63,771 bases of DNA, filler included, from Octopus bimaculoides (GCF_001194135.2; 4 parts of 3 records of this genome joined end to end with filler, not necessarily neighbours in it), one strand, 5' to 3'; counted from the whole stretch's first letter, positions 34,626-47,893 are shown. Notes: a model not told the origin generated them from the sequence alone. Made by a program: numbers and translations.

Positions 34626-37600
34626 CTAAAAATATAATCACTTGATACACCATGTATAACAACAGATGTGTTAATAACAACAACAACATTATCAGCAACA
34701 ATAACAATATACTTCTTCCCATAAAATATGCAGACAGAATAACGATACACATACACTTGCACACACACACACAATCAACTAACAAAATAAAAATGTCAGT
34801 TATATAATGAAGGCACTAATAATGATGATGATCATGATGATGATAGTAATGACTAATTTCCTTTCACTTACATTACTAACAATGTACTGAGTAAATTACA
34901 AACATCCCAACACCACCCCCTTAACCTTTCACCCNNNNNNNNNNNNNNNNNNNNNNNNNNNNNNNNNNNNNNNNNNNNNNNNATGCATGCAGTCCTCATT
35001 TTAAAATACATTGGAAGATAATGAGTTCACTAAGTGACTATGGAATAACTCCTATCCTGATCAGTCTGATCTCACTTTTCAAAGTTAGAAAAATTTAGCT
35101 GCTTCTTTGAACACATCAAATAATTACAGAGAATAATTACATGCTTGGTTTGTGTGGTCGGTATTCAAAAGATGATAAGGGATATATATATATGAGGGAA
35201 ATTTGGCTGTTAAATTGGGCAGGTGGAATGACTACATAAAACTCAACTCATTGGGTTTATGCGGTTCCAGTTTTAAAGATGTTAGGGATATTTTCAAGGA
35301 AGATTTCGCAGCTGCTTTGGGCAGATGAAATTTACTAAATAGAAGATTCCTCCTTGGCTTGTGTTCCTATTTTAATCACGGTTAGGGATTTTATTTGAGG
35401 GAGTTTTGGCCGTGTAACTACACTGAACAGGTGAAATCACTGACTACATAGAAGTTTTCCTTATTGGCTTGTGTAGTCCCTATTGAGGGACAATGTCACT
35501 GCTACATTGATCACCATCAATAACAACACGGACAAAAGCAGAAGAAACTCCCACGCCACCTTATGCTAAGTAAAGGGTTGTTGATAACTCTCTCGTGTGA
35601 CTTTAAGGGTTTTCAAACACCCCAACAACTGTCATTTAGCTCCCTTTTTTTAAAATTTAATGTTTATATTTTTTCTTCATTTTTTTTTCTTCTTATTTTC
35701 GTTTTTACCTTTTCTTTAATTTTATTTCCTTAACAACCCCCATGCATTAACACCTGGTTAATTTCTATAGCAGAAAAGATGAAGGGTGGGAAAGTTTCTG
35801 TTGACTCATCAGAAAAAAAGGGTGGTGGTGTGATTTGTTCCAAATTGACACACACACACTTCCACACCACAGACTGGTCTCACTCCAATTCATGTGCTTT
35901 GTTGAGTAACACAATCAGAGCAACACAGCTAACTGCCTTGCTACTCCCACTTTCTTTTTATCATAATCATCCCCATCACCATCATCATCATAATCACCAT
36001 CATCACCATAATCCTCTTCATCATCATCACCACCATACTCCTCCTCCTCCTCATCATCATTACATAGTGCAAATGCACCACCTTCCCCTTCCACTCACTC
36101 TGTCTTTATTTCCACTCTCACTCTACTTCAATCATAAAAGTCATTATGAAAAGGCTATCCTATATTACCACAGAGCTATTCACTGATGGGTGATCAGTCC
36201 TATTGATCTGTCTCCAAGGAAATCTGGGACCTATTTCTGGCAACTAGATGAACTGAGGCAGGGAAGGGAAAAGTGTCCTGTGTCTAAGCACAAGATACCA
36301 AGCAATGGATTTGAACTCAGGTTCCATGAGTAAATAGTTACAGTAAGGCCACAGATATAGCTGTGTGATTAAGAAGTTAATTTTTCAGCTACAAAGTTTT
36401 GGGCTCAATCCCACAGTACAGCACTTCAAACGAGTGTTTTTCCACAAAAGCATCAGGGTTGACCAAAGTCACACAAAAGGGATTAGGTAGGCGGAGACTG
36501 TGTGGAAGCCTACTGAAGGGACTGTTCCAATTATTGAGAGGCATTTACACTTTGCCTCTGGGTTTGGCATGACCACCTGACCCTCGAATAAAGCAGTGAA
36601 TTGGCAGATTCATTAGAGTATCAGATAGAATGACTTGTGGTATTTGTTTTGGGTCTTTGCACTGAGTTCAAATCCAGGTAAGTCATCTTTGCCTTTCATC
36701 CTTTGGGGGTTCAATGGAAAAAGTACCAACCAAAGGGTTGGATTAACAGAACTGTTAGGCGGTTGAGTGAGGTACCTTGTAATATCTTCAGAGAAATATA
36801 TCTAAGACAACATTATCCAAAATGTCTGTTCTATTCTAAGACATTTGATTAAAGAGAGATTTAGCTATTATCTCTAGCAAGTGATCGCAATAAAATGTCT
36901 TCATAGCCATCATTTGTTTGTGTGTGCATGTATTTATATGTGCCATTGTATATGTGCATAAGTATGTCTGTATCTATGTGAGAGGTATGTGAGAGGCATG
37001 TGTTTATATATGAATATTTGCAAGATTTGTTTGTATATTTAAGCTTATGTGTGTATGTGTGCTGATATGTCTTAGTACAGTATAAGTGTATGCGTATCTG
37101 TGACAATGCATACATACATATATAATGTGGTAATGTTTCAACAAGTAGAAAAGCACTCCGTCAACTAAGAGAGTAAAGATAATCTCAAAAGGAAACTGAC
37201 AAATGGTCTTGTTTTCAGCTTGATAAATGGTAGAATAAATCATTTTGACCAGATAACCCTGGGTAGCCGTATTTACAAGATTTGTGGGTTTTTTATTTTA
37301 CAAAATATAAATATGTATATATATATCTATATATATATATATANNNNNNNNNNNNNNNNNNNNNNNNNNNNNNNNNNNNNNNNNNNNNNNNNNNNNNNNN
37401 NNNNNNNNNNNNNNNNNNNNNNNNNNNNNNNNNNNNNNNNNNNNNNNNNNNNNNNNNNNNNNNNNNNNNNNNNNNNNNNNNNNNNNNNNNNNNNNNNNNN
37501 NNNNNNNNNNNNNNNNNNNNNNNNNNNNNNNNNNNNNNNNNNNNNNNNNNNNNNNNNAACCATTTAATTCCAAGATTTATTTACGTTTGACAACTGAATG

Positions 37601-37754
37601 ATTTAATAAAAGCATCTAAATATGAAACATCATGGAAATTGTGCAAGCTGAAGTCCCTCTTAAGCGACATATTTTTCTATTCGAGTGTGTGAGTGTGTGT
37701 GTATAGGTGCATATTGTCATATATATATATATATATACATAGTTATATATATGT

Positions 37755-37894
37755 ATGGCATCCAGCTGTAGAAACTCTGCCAAATTAGATTGGAGCCTGG
37801 TGTTGCCATCCGGTTTCACCAGTCCTCAGTCAAATCGTCCAACCCATGCTAGCATGGAAGGCGGACGTTAAACGATGATGATGATGATGATGAT
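37755..37894 (+). mobile_element. RTE-derived 3' tail element
   Basis: Same tail as 33160-33299, ends (GAT)n. Confidence 0.85.
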
Positions 37895-38041
37895 GTGTGT
37901 GTGTGCATTTTTATGTTTTCATAAGAGCATGTATATTATTAATTAACCAGCCAACCAAGACCATGTCTCACATACATTTTCTCATTTGGTTTTCCATGTT
38001 TAGAAATGCATAAACATCACATCCCCCCATCCTTCACTCAC

Positions 38042-38190
38042 CCACCTCTCCTCTCACTGAGAGACAAATGCCAATAATTAAAGTAAAAAGTCCATAGATA
38101 AATCCCACAGATTAGTAACAAGAAATAAGGGACAGAAAGCCAGACACAGGTCAGTGAGTAGAGAGGGTAGTGAAGGAAGGAATTAGGGGA
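38042..38190 (-). other. Candidate upstream exon of the minus-strand gene (coding or UTR)
   Basis: Acceptor gtacttcag|, strong donor GTGG|gtgagt, one open hydrophobic frame (SPNSF...YFLLLICGIYLWTFYFNYW...RRG). Fit to the family is unclear. Confidence 0.25.
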
Positions 38191-38485
38191 CTGAAGTACA
38201 ACATACATTTTTGTATTGTTGTAGTTCACTGAGGTGTCATCTATGATTCGTGGGTATCTGAAAAGGGTGGAACTTGCAACATGGTTGCATGGTTTCAGGC
38301 GTGAAGATCTTTTATCTTTTATCTTTTACTCATTTCAGNNNNNNNNNNNNNNNNNNNNNNNNNNNNNNNNNNNNNNNNNNNNTTAATTAATTAANNNNNN
38401 NNNNNNNNNNNNNNNNNNNNNNNNNNNNNNNNNNNNNNTATATATATATATATATATATATATATGCATATATATATACACTTAC

Positions 38486-38536
38486 TCCCACGTAAGCCAC
38501 ATCGCACGCATGATCAAATATGCACATTACGAACAC
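38486..38536 (-). other. Candidate 51-nt exon (VFVMCIFDHACDVAYVG)
   Basis: Strong donor GGA|gtaagt, weak acceptor, unique sequence between microsatellites. Splice signals are the only support. Confidence 0.15.
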
Positions 38537-38611
38537 CTATACGAATGTTCCTATAAACTTACATGGTCTCACGTACACATGCATCACAGATACACGAGCA
38601 TACACACATAT

Positions 38612-38642
<31 letters not shown>

Positions 38643-38652
38643 CATACATACA

Positions 38653-38686
<34 letters not shown>

Positions 38687-38700
38687 CATACATGCATACA

Positions 38701-38734
<34 letters not shown>

Positions 38735-38825
38735 CATACATGCATACATTCATACTCACACACACATACACATATAGACATGATGATGATGATGATGATG
38801 ATCATGATGATAGTAGTAGTAGTAC

Positions 38826-38864
<39 letters not shown>

Positions 38865-39119
38865 GTGGTGGCTGCGGCGGAGGCAGTAGTGGTGGTGATG
38901 GTTGAGGTGGTGGTGGTGGTGGTGGTGNNNNNNNNNNNNNNNNNNNNNNNNNNNNNNNNNNNNNNNNNNNNNNNNNNNNNNNNNNNNNNNNNNNNNNNNN
39001 NNNNNNNNNNNNNNNNNNNNNNNNNNNNNNNNNNNNNNNNNNNNNNNNNNNNNNNNNNNNNNNNNNNNNNNNNNNNNNNNNNNNNNNNNNNNNNNNNNNN
39101 NNNNNNNNNNNNNNNNNNN

Positions 39120-39176
<57 letters not shown>

Positions 39177-39681
39177 ATGTCGGTGGTGGTAGCGGGTGGT
39201 GCTGATAGTGTGTAATGATGCTGACGGTGGTGGCGGTGGTGCTGCTACTGCTGATTATGATGCTGATCATGATGGTGGTGATGGTGGTGGTGATGATGAT
39301 GATGATGACAAGGAGGAGGTGGATCGTTTGCTTTGATGAGTTTATGGCATCAAAAGCAAGTGTTATTTAAAATAAACATTATTATTGTTGTTGTTGTTCT
39401 TGTTGTTCTTGTTTTCCCCCGTTGTAATTATTGTTGTTGTTGTTGTTGTTGTTGCTGTTGCAGTTGAAGCAGAAACAGTGTGTATTCTTCGAAATATTCG
39501 TTTTATCCTGTGGGAAGACTTCATGTCTGCCTTTGTACTGTGTGTCAGTCAGTCTATCTATCTATCCATCTTAAAAGCTATCTGTATATCCGTCCATCTA
39601 TCTATCTATTTGTCTCTCTATCTGTTTATCTGTCTGTCTGTCTATCTATCTATCTGTCTATCTATCTATTTCTCAATCTAA

Positions 39682-39743
<62 letters not shown>

Positions 39744-39834
39744 NNNNNNNNNNNNNNNNNNNNNNNNNNNNNNNNNNNNNNNNNNNNNNNNNNNNNNNNN
39801 NNNNNNNNNNNNNNNNNNNNNNNNNNNNATCTAA

Positions 39835-39935
<101 letters not shown>

Positions 39936-39977
39936 CCTATCTATTTATCTATCTTTTTATCTCTGTGTATCTATCTG

Positions 39978-40018
<41 letters not shown>

Positions 40019-40407
40019 TTATCAATCTTTTTATCTCTCTCTATATCTATCTATTTGTCTTTCTATCTGTTTATCTATCTATCTATTTGCCTGTTTGTCT
40101 GTCCCTATCTATCTATTTATCTATATCTGTCCATCTAACTATATATGTCTATATATATACATATATACACATATATATATGTGCGTTTGTGTGTGTGTGT
40201 GTGTGTGTATGTGTGTATGTATGTATATGTATCCATCTATCTATTTAGGAGACTATTAACCCTTTTCTCATATTTTCTCTCTCTCTCTGTCTCTCTCTCT
40301 CCCTGTCTTTCTTTCTCGTTATGTGAGTGTGTGTGTGTGTGTACGTGCATGCGTGTATGAGTGTGTGTATGTATGCATGTATGTATATAGATAGATACTT
40401 AGAAAGA

Positions 40408-40455
<48 letters not shown>

Positions 40456-41659
40456 TAAGAGTGTTACGTGCCAATTTTTCTCTCTTTTCTTCTCATTCTC
40501 CATCTACAAACACACACACATATGCACACATGCGTGCGTGTGTGTGTGTGTGCGTGTCTATGCGAGTATGTGTACATGCGTGTGTTTGTACGCGCGCCCG
40601 TGCGTATGTATGTCTGCGTTCATGTATGTTCGTTCTAATTATATCTTACATTGCCGGCAATGCTTCGTGTATTTGTTCTATAAATGACTTGTCAGAAAAT
40701 GTTCGCCATTTTAACTCTACTGAGAGCAATCGACGATGGTTAATGATGATAATTCCAAAACTTACGACACAGAGAAATAGATATTCCAAAGTCACAGCAA
40801 CATTTGAGTCGACTAATTAAGAATTATGGAATTGTTATCTTTTGGTCAGAATTTTTACGGGTCAAAAAGTTGAATGCTCGAAATGAGGAGTAGATAGACC
40901 GCCGACAACTGATGAAGGGTCATTCTTTGTGTTACTTGTCCTGTTTTCCATTTTTTCTCTCGTTGCTTGAGTATTTATATATATATAAAGTGATGGCTTG
41001 TTGTCAACTTAATGTNNNNNNNNNNNNNNNNNNNNNNNNNNNNNNNNNNNNNNNNNNNNNNNNNNNNNNNNNNNNNNNNNNNNNNNNNNNNNNNNNNNNN
41101 NNNNNNNNNNNNNNNNNNNNNNNNNNNNNNNNNNNNNNNNNNNNNNNNNNNNNNNNNNNNNNNNNNNNNNNNNNNNNNNNNNNNNNNNNNNNNNNNNNNN
41201 NNNNNNNNNNNNNNNNNNNNNNNNNNNNNNNNNNNNNNNNNNNNNNNNNNNNNNNNNNNNNNNNNNNNNNNNNNNNNNNNNNNNNNNNNNNNNNNNNNNN
41301 NNNNNNNNNNNNNNNNNNNNNNNNNNNNNNNNNNNNNNNNNNNNNNNNNNNNNNNNNNNNNNNNNNNNNNNNNNNNNNNNNNNNNNNNNNNNNNNNNNNN
41401 NNNNNNNNNNNNNNNNNNNNNNNNNNNNNNNNNNNNNNNNNNNNNNNNNNNNNNNNNNNNNNNNNNNNNNNNNNNNNNNNNNNNNNNNNNNNNNNNNNNN
41501 NNNNNNNNNNNNNNNNNNNNNNNNNNNNNNNNNNNNNNNNNNNNNNNNNNNNNNNNNNNNNNNNNNNNNNNNNNNNNNNNNNNNNNNNNNNNNNNNNNNN
41601 NNNNNNNNNNNNNNNNNNATAAAAACATAATACACATATATGTATATACATATGTATAC

Positions 41660-42190
41660 AGATACTAGAGTTTGTTTTTCCTTGTCAATAATCAATTTGT
41701 ATTTGTAGGAGTAGTCGTAATATTGTGCAGAAACAATCCCTGCTCAATTATATTAGTCATATAAATTAATCTTAGTAAGTTAATTTCCTCTAGCGTCGGG
41801 TCGTGTCAGGTCAATTTCTAGGCCATCGCTAGCTGTTTCATTGTTCGAATATACACACTGGTAGTTTAGAAACTAGCAACAGAAATATCAAGGATATTTC
41901 GAGCTCCCTAGAATATTCCAAGACTCAGAATATTCCTGAGTCTGTTTTTCCTTCTGTCAATAATCAATTTGTATTTATAGGAATAGTGATAATATTATGC
42001 AGAAACAATCCCTGCTCAATTATGTTAATAGCATAAATGAAGCTTATTAAATTAATTTCCTCTATCGTCGGGTCATATCAGGTCAATTTCGAGGCCATTT
42101 GGTAGTTGTTTCATTGTTCGAGTATACACATTGGTTGTTCTAGAAATATTCTCTCACGGATATTTTAAACTCCTTAGAATATTCCAGGAC
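41660..42190. repeat. Two diverged direct repeats of about 280 bp, possibly a LINE remnant on the minus strand
   Basis: tgtcaataatcaatttgtattt...gcagaaacaatccctgctcaatta...cgtcgggtc...cattgttcga occurs twice. Confidence 0.7.
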
Positions 42191-42679
42191 ACCTATTGGT
42201 CGATATAGCCCCCATTAGTTACCCTAAAGCAAATTAACTTACCTACAGAGAAGACGTAAACGCCACGCAATTACGCCATAAACTTTTTGAGGATGAACTA
42301 AAGTGATATGAGGCATTCGGTTCTAATTTGAGGAGTTTCCTCATAGCAGCTTAGTACACGGTGGGAAAAACATTAAGCTGCATGGTGGTGTCTCCACCTC
42401 GGTAGATCAAGTAATTAAAGGAGTATGATGTTACCCCTTAGACATCAGTACAACCAGCTTGCTCTGACCTGAGACAGTAGTACCTTTATGGGATCCAGTT
42501 ATTGATCAGCTCGAAGGAGATGGTCCTTTGATTAAGGAAGTAGTTCTCAACTGGGGTCTATAGGATCTTTGGAGGTCCATATAAGATTTTATTGTTAAAA
42601 TTTGTGTGAAATAAATTGGTTATACTTTTACAATGCACAAAGTATTTTAACAATTTTTTTTGATACAATTCCTAAAATC

Positions 42680-43157
42680 ACTCTCTCTCTTTACTCTTTT
42701 ACTCTTTTACTTGTTTCAGTCATTTGGCTGGAGCACCGCCTTTAGTCGAGCAAATCGACCCCAGGAATTATTCTTTGTAAGCCTAGGACTCGGAGAAGGA
42801 TTCTTCCCACATACGAGTCAAACATGTATGTCAGTGTTCAGTTTTATTTCAAGATTTCTTTATTTCTTTATTGCCCACAGGGAGCTAAACATAGAGGAGA
42901 CAAACAAGGACAGACAAAGGGATTATTAAGTCGATTACATCGACCCCAGTGCGTAAATAGTACTTATTTAATCGACCCCGAAAGGATGAAAGGCAAAGTC
43001 GACCTCGGCGGAATTTGAACTCAGAACGTAAAGACAGACGAAATAACGCTAAGCATTTCGCCCGGCGTGCTAACGTTTCTTATTTCTTTATTGCCCACAA
43101 GGAGCTAAACATAGAGGGGACAAACAAGGACAGACAAAGGGATTATTAAGTCGATTA
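42680..43157 (-). mobile_element. Family C tail plus tandem partial family A SINEs
   Basis: Matches 26557-26660 and 45447-45723. Confidence 0.8.
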
Positions 43158-44159
43158 NNNNNNNNNNNNNNNNNNNNNNNNNNNNNNNNNNNNNNNNNNN
43201 NNNNNNNNNNNNNNNNNNNNNNNNNNNNNNNNNNNNNNNNNNNNNNNNNNNNNNNNNNNNNNNNNNNNNNNNNNNNNNNNNNNNNNNNNNNNNNNNNNNN
43301 NNNNNNNNNNNNNNNNNNNNNNNNNNNNNNNNNNNNNNNNNNNNNNNNNNNNNNNNNNNNNNNNNNNNNNNNNNNNNNNNNNNNNNNNNNNNNNNNNNNN
43401 NNNNNNNNNNNNNNNNNNNNNNNNNNNNNNNNNNNNNNNNNNNNNNNNNNNNNNNNNNNNNNNNNNNNNNNNNNNNNNNNNNNNNNNNNNNNNNNNNNNN
43501 NNNNNNNNNNNNNNNNNNNNNNNNNNNNNNNNNNNNNNNNNNNNNNNNNNNNNNNNNNNNNNNNNNNNNNNNNNNNNNNNNNTATGTATGTATATGCATA
43601 AATATATGTGAATGTGTGTTTGTGTGAGTGTGCCTTTGAGTTTGTGCTTGTCGCTCACCACCGCTTCCCAAACACTGTTAGTTTGTTGACATCCCCGTAA
43701 TTTAGAGGTTTAGCAATGTACTTTTAAAAAAAATATGAGAAATGGGGACGATTTGTTCGACTCGATCCTTTAAAACGATGCCTCCAAATATGGCCGCAGT
43801 GCAGTGACTGAAACAAGTAAAACATAGAAAAGACATATTGGTAAAACTGAGCGTTTAAGTTTCAATTCCATTGATTGGAAAGCTAACAGATTCAGAGTTG
43901 TGTTTCATTCTGCATGTACTTGGGTACAGATAGGAGCGAAGGCTTGTGTGGGATATAGTGTCAATAAGAATGCGAAATAAATATTTTGATAGAATCAAAG
44001 TAATTATAGAGGTTCATTAAGAGCAACATAATATAATCACTTGCGTCATTAGCACATTTACTATACCGGCAAAAACATATGGTTCTCTACTATTGGTGGG
44101 GAACATAAAAGACGTAAACACATCGCACCATAACGCACTGATTCTTTTCAAATACCCTG

Positions 44160-44246
<87 letters not shown>

Positions 44247-44247
44247 C

Positions 44248-44279
<32 letters not shown>

Positions 44280-44284
44280 ACACA

Positions 44285-44850
44285 GACACGACAGAGTTGG
44301 GACCTACATACACTGGAAGCTATGCCAACACTATGGAATAACAACAGAAAAAAAGATGGTATAGGCACAGGCCAGAAAAGGTCACAGAAAATGAGAAAGT
44401 AACAATACTATGGGATATGCCAATACACGCAGATAAAGAAATTAAGACCAAAAGGCCAGATATAGTTGTCAGAGATCAGGAAGAAAAAAGCATGATTTCT
44501 AATTGATGTATCAATACCAACAGATGACAACGTTTCTCTAAGAGAAATGGAGAAATTTTCAAAATACAAAGACCTGGAAATAGAGGTAACTGGAATGTGG
44601 AATCTCAAAACAGAAGCAATTCCTATCATAATAGGCACATTAGGTATGATAAAAAAAAACATTCAGACAAATACGTAACAAAAACACCAGGACTTACAAA
44701 TATATATAACATACAGAAAATTGCACTACAAAACACTTTCAATACAGTAACCATAAGAGCATCACAGCAAACCACAGCACATACCCAAGGCACACAGAGC
44801 TGCGCTCGGTAGTGAAGTGAAAGTACGTTATAAAAATAAAACTACTGAAC
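44285..44850 (+). mobile_element. R4/Dong-like LINE 3' fragment (restriction-like endonuclease) between (TAA)n tracts
   Basis: ILWDMPIHADKEIKTKRPDIVVRD...IDVSIPTDDNVSLREMEKFSKYKDLEIEV..MWNLKT.AIPIIIGTLG, one frameshift. Confidence 0.85.
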
Positions 44851-44869
44851 AACAACAATAATAATAGTC

Positions 44870-44919
<50 letters not shown>

Positions 44920-45446
44920 CCTTTCTAGTAAAGGCACAAGGCCTGAAATTTATGGGGAGGGGACTNNNNNNNNNNNNNNNNNNNNNNNNNNNNNNNNNNN
45001 NNNNNNNNNNNNNNNNNNNNNNNNNNNNNNNNNNNNNNNNNNNNNNNNNNNNNNNNNNNNNNNNNNNNNNNNNNNNNNNNNNNNNNNNNNNNNNNNNNNN
45101 NNNNNNNNNNNNNNNNNNNNNNNNNNNNNNNNNNNNNNNNNNNNNNNNNNNNNNNNNNNNNNNNNNNNNNNNNNNNNNNNNNNNNNNNNNNNNNNNNNNN
45201 NNNNNNNNNNNNNNNNNNNNNNNNNNNNNNNNNNNNNNNNNNNNNNNNNNNNNNNNNNNNNNNNNNNNNNNNNNNNNNNNNNNNNNNNNNNNNNNNNNNN
45301 NNNNNNNNNNNNNNNNNNNNNNNNNNNNNNNNNNNNNNNNNNNNNNNNNNNNNNNNNNNNNNNNNNNNNNNNNNNNNNNNNNNNNNNNNNNNNNNNNNNN
45401 NNNNNNNNNNNNNNNNNNNNNNNNNNNNNNNNNNNNNNNNNNNNNA

Positions 45447-45723
45447 GAAGAAGAATTTGAACTCAGAACGTAACGGCAGACGAAATACCTATTTCTTTAC
45501 TGCTCACAAGGGGCTACACACAGAGGGGACAAACAAGGGCAGACAAACGGATTAAGTCAATTATATCGACCCCAGTGCGTAACTGGTACTTAATTTATCG
45601 ACCCCAAAAGGATGAAAGGCAAAGTCGACCTCGGCGGAATTTGAACTCAGAACGCAGTGGCAGACGAAATACCGTTAAGCATTTCGTCCGGCGTGCTAAC
45701 GTTTCTGCCAGCTCGCCGCCTTA
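45447..45723 (-). mobile_element. Family A SINE, young copy
   Basis: aaggcggcgagctggcagaaacgttagcacgccgg...gttctgagttcaaattccgccgaggtcgac. Confidence 0.9.
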
Positions 45724-45989
45724 AAGCATTGCATTCTTGCCAACCGTGAAGAGAAGCGAAGCAGGACGATCAGGCGGTAATCAATGACTTCATGAACAAT
45801 ATTCCACCTGCCTATGTTGATTACGAAGAACCTGTATTTGGATTCAATAAAACATATTTTCGATTGAGTTCCACGTGTCCAATTCTCCAAAATCTTAGAG
45901 CTTCAAATATTTGATGATATCATGATGAAATAATAACTAGAAAAACAGTTCTTGCAGTCTTCATCCTTGTAACCGCTAGCTTCACAGAT

Positions 45990-46625
45990 ATATCTCCAGG
46001 ATCTCTCGCCGGTTACTCAGCTTGAAGAATTTGCCATGATATTCTTTCCTGCAATGTTTTAATCATGTATCCGTAGTACCTGAGCCGTGACCTCTCAATA
46101 CAGAGAAGTAGCGTCTCGACCGGAAGAGACTCCCTGATCTCCGAGTTATACACCCCGTCGAGTACCCCGATACTCCAGAGATCCTACGAAAGAATCACTT
46201 TTCGGTCGCTTGTAATAGCAATTGTATTCTTTAGGTCATTATCTAGCATTCAGGATCTTTGATGAGGACAGGCACAAAGACCGAATTTAAGGTAGCGAGT
46301 TTGGCTTTTCTACACCCACCTCTTCTCTTTTAAGGATCGAATGATGGAGCTGGGACTTTTACTGTGCCTGCACCAGCATTTCCAGCATCCAATTCACTCA
46401 CTTGATTCGCATCACTCGTGGATGCGCCACCGAAATACTTAAACTTCAAATGTCGCAGCAGTGTTGCATTAGCATGCAAAGTGCACATGGAACACTTTCT
46501 TGAGAAGACCAACGTCTCAGCATTCGCAACACTTATTCTCCTCCCTGCCTTGTTGCACTCAACAGCGACCCCATTCAGTGCATGCGGCAGACCACCTTCT
46601 GATGAGCACAGGGCCCGAAATAAAA
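45990..46625 (-). mobile_element. RTE/BovB-type LINE RT C-terminal fragment
   Basis: SSEGGLPHALNGVAVEC.KAG.RIS...KFKYFGGASTSD and SEIRESLPVETLLLCIERSRLRYYG. Confidence 0.8.
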
Positions 46626-46994
46626 AAAAAAAATAATAAATACATAAACTAAGTATATTCGTTAGTCGAGCGGTAATTTTCAGTTCCATGGATTGAAAAT
46701 ATTACAGAATCAGAACCATGTAGCATTTTGTATGTCCTTGAGTGCAGACGCGAGTAAAGTTGTGTACGGAAATTGGTGTCATTGAGGATGAGAAGTAAAT
46801 ATTTTGATAGAAAAAAGTAATTATAAATATTCATTTAAGAGCCACAAAAAATAATCAGTTGCGTCATTAACATGTTTGCAATACCAGCGAAAACATATGG
46901 TTTATCAGTACTGGACTGGAACATAAAAAAAAAGAAAAAAACCTAAACATTACTCACCCTAACACTGAGAATCTTTTCAAATGTCATGTGACAA

Positions 46995-47061
<67 letters not shown>

Positions 47062-47069
47062 GTAATAAT

Positions 47070-47106
<37 letters not shown>

Positions 47107-47309
47107 NNNNNNNNNNNNNNNNNNNNNNNNNNNNNNNNNNNNNNNNNNNNNNNNNNNNNNNNNNNNNNNNNNNNNNNNNNNNNNNNNNNNNNNNNNNNNN
47201 NNNNNNNNNNNNNNNNNNNNNNNNNNNNNNNNNNNNNNNNNNNNNNNNNNNNNNNNNNNNNNNNNNNNNNNNNNNNNNNNNNNTTCTATATTTAAGAGAT
47301 GAGGAATTA

Positions 47310-47467
47310 TGTACATTATTTACATTTGACGGATATTTGTCCTCATTTTGTTTGTTGTTAACACAACGTTCTGGCTGATATACCCTCCAGCTGGAGGCTA
47401 TATCAGTCGAAACGTCGTGTTAACAAACAAAATGAGGACAAATTTCCATCAAATGTAAATAATATGT

Positions 47468-47470
<3 letters not shown>
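47310..47470. repeat. 160-nt palindrome formed from a Penelope-like terminal repeat
   Basis: tgtacattatttacatttgacgg...ccctccag|ctggaggc...tcaaatgtaaataatatgtaca, centre 47390/47391. Confidence 0.85.
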
Positions 47471-47497
<27 letters not shown>

Positions 47498-47500
<3 letters not shown>

Positions 47501-47893
47501 GCCGCTGGTATTTATAGAGTGTTAAACACGCTTGCGGTATGCAAATTAGGGACTCCTTCATAGAGAAACTGCTGCATTTCTTTAGTATATAAGCAATTTG
47601 GCTGTTTGTTTTCCTGTGGATTGTCAAAATGATGTGGACGCCTCTGATAAGAACCCAATAAGGTCCGAAAATCGATTACGGCTGGCTCAAATTTGCCCTG
47701 TTTACAATTATAACATATGTTACGTATATATATACGTATACTGGGTTCTTATCAGAGGCGTCCACATCATTTTGACAATCTACAGAAAAACAAACAGCCA
47801 AATTGTTTATATACTAAAGAAATGCAGCAGTTTCTCTATGAAGGAGTCCCTAATTTGCATACCACAAGTCTGTTTAACACTCTATAAGTACCA
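47498..47893. mobile_element. Inverted repeat (about 160-bp arms) with a degenerate hammerhead in the spacer; Penelope-like inverted pLTR
   Basis: 47498-47657 is the inverse of 47741-47893, and the ORF track shows the same peptide on both strands. CTGATAA-stemII-GAAA at 47644-47670. Confidence 0.75.

Noticed and set aside
42243-42300. Strong minus-strand donor-like sites at 42243, 6962, about 40765 and about 50110
   Set aside because: Associated segments are short or stop-containing and do not yield a coherent exon chain. GTAAGT occurs by chance often in 64 kb.
40912-45473. Long ORFs spanning N runs
   Set aside because: Artefacts of gaps translated as X.
46596-46620. CTGATGAGCACAGGGCCCGAAA hammerhead-like string
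   Set aside because: It is the antisense of RTE coding sequence (RALCSSEG). No stem I or stem III partner found.
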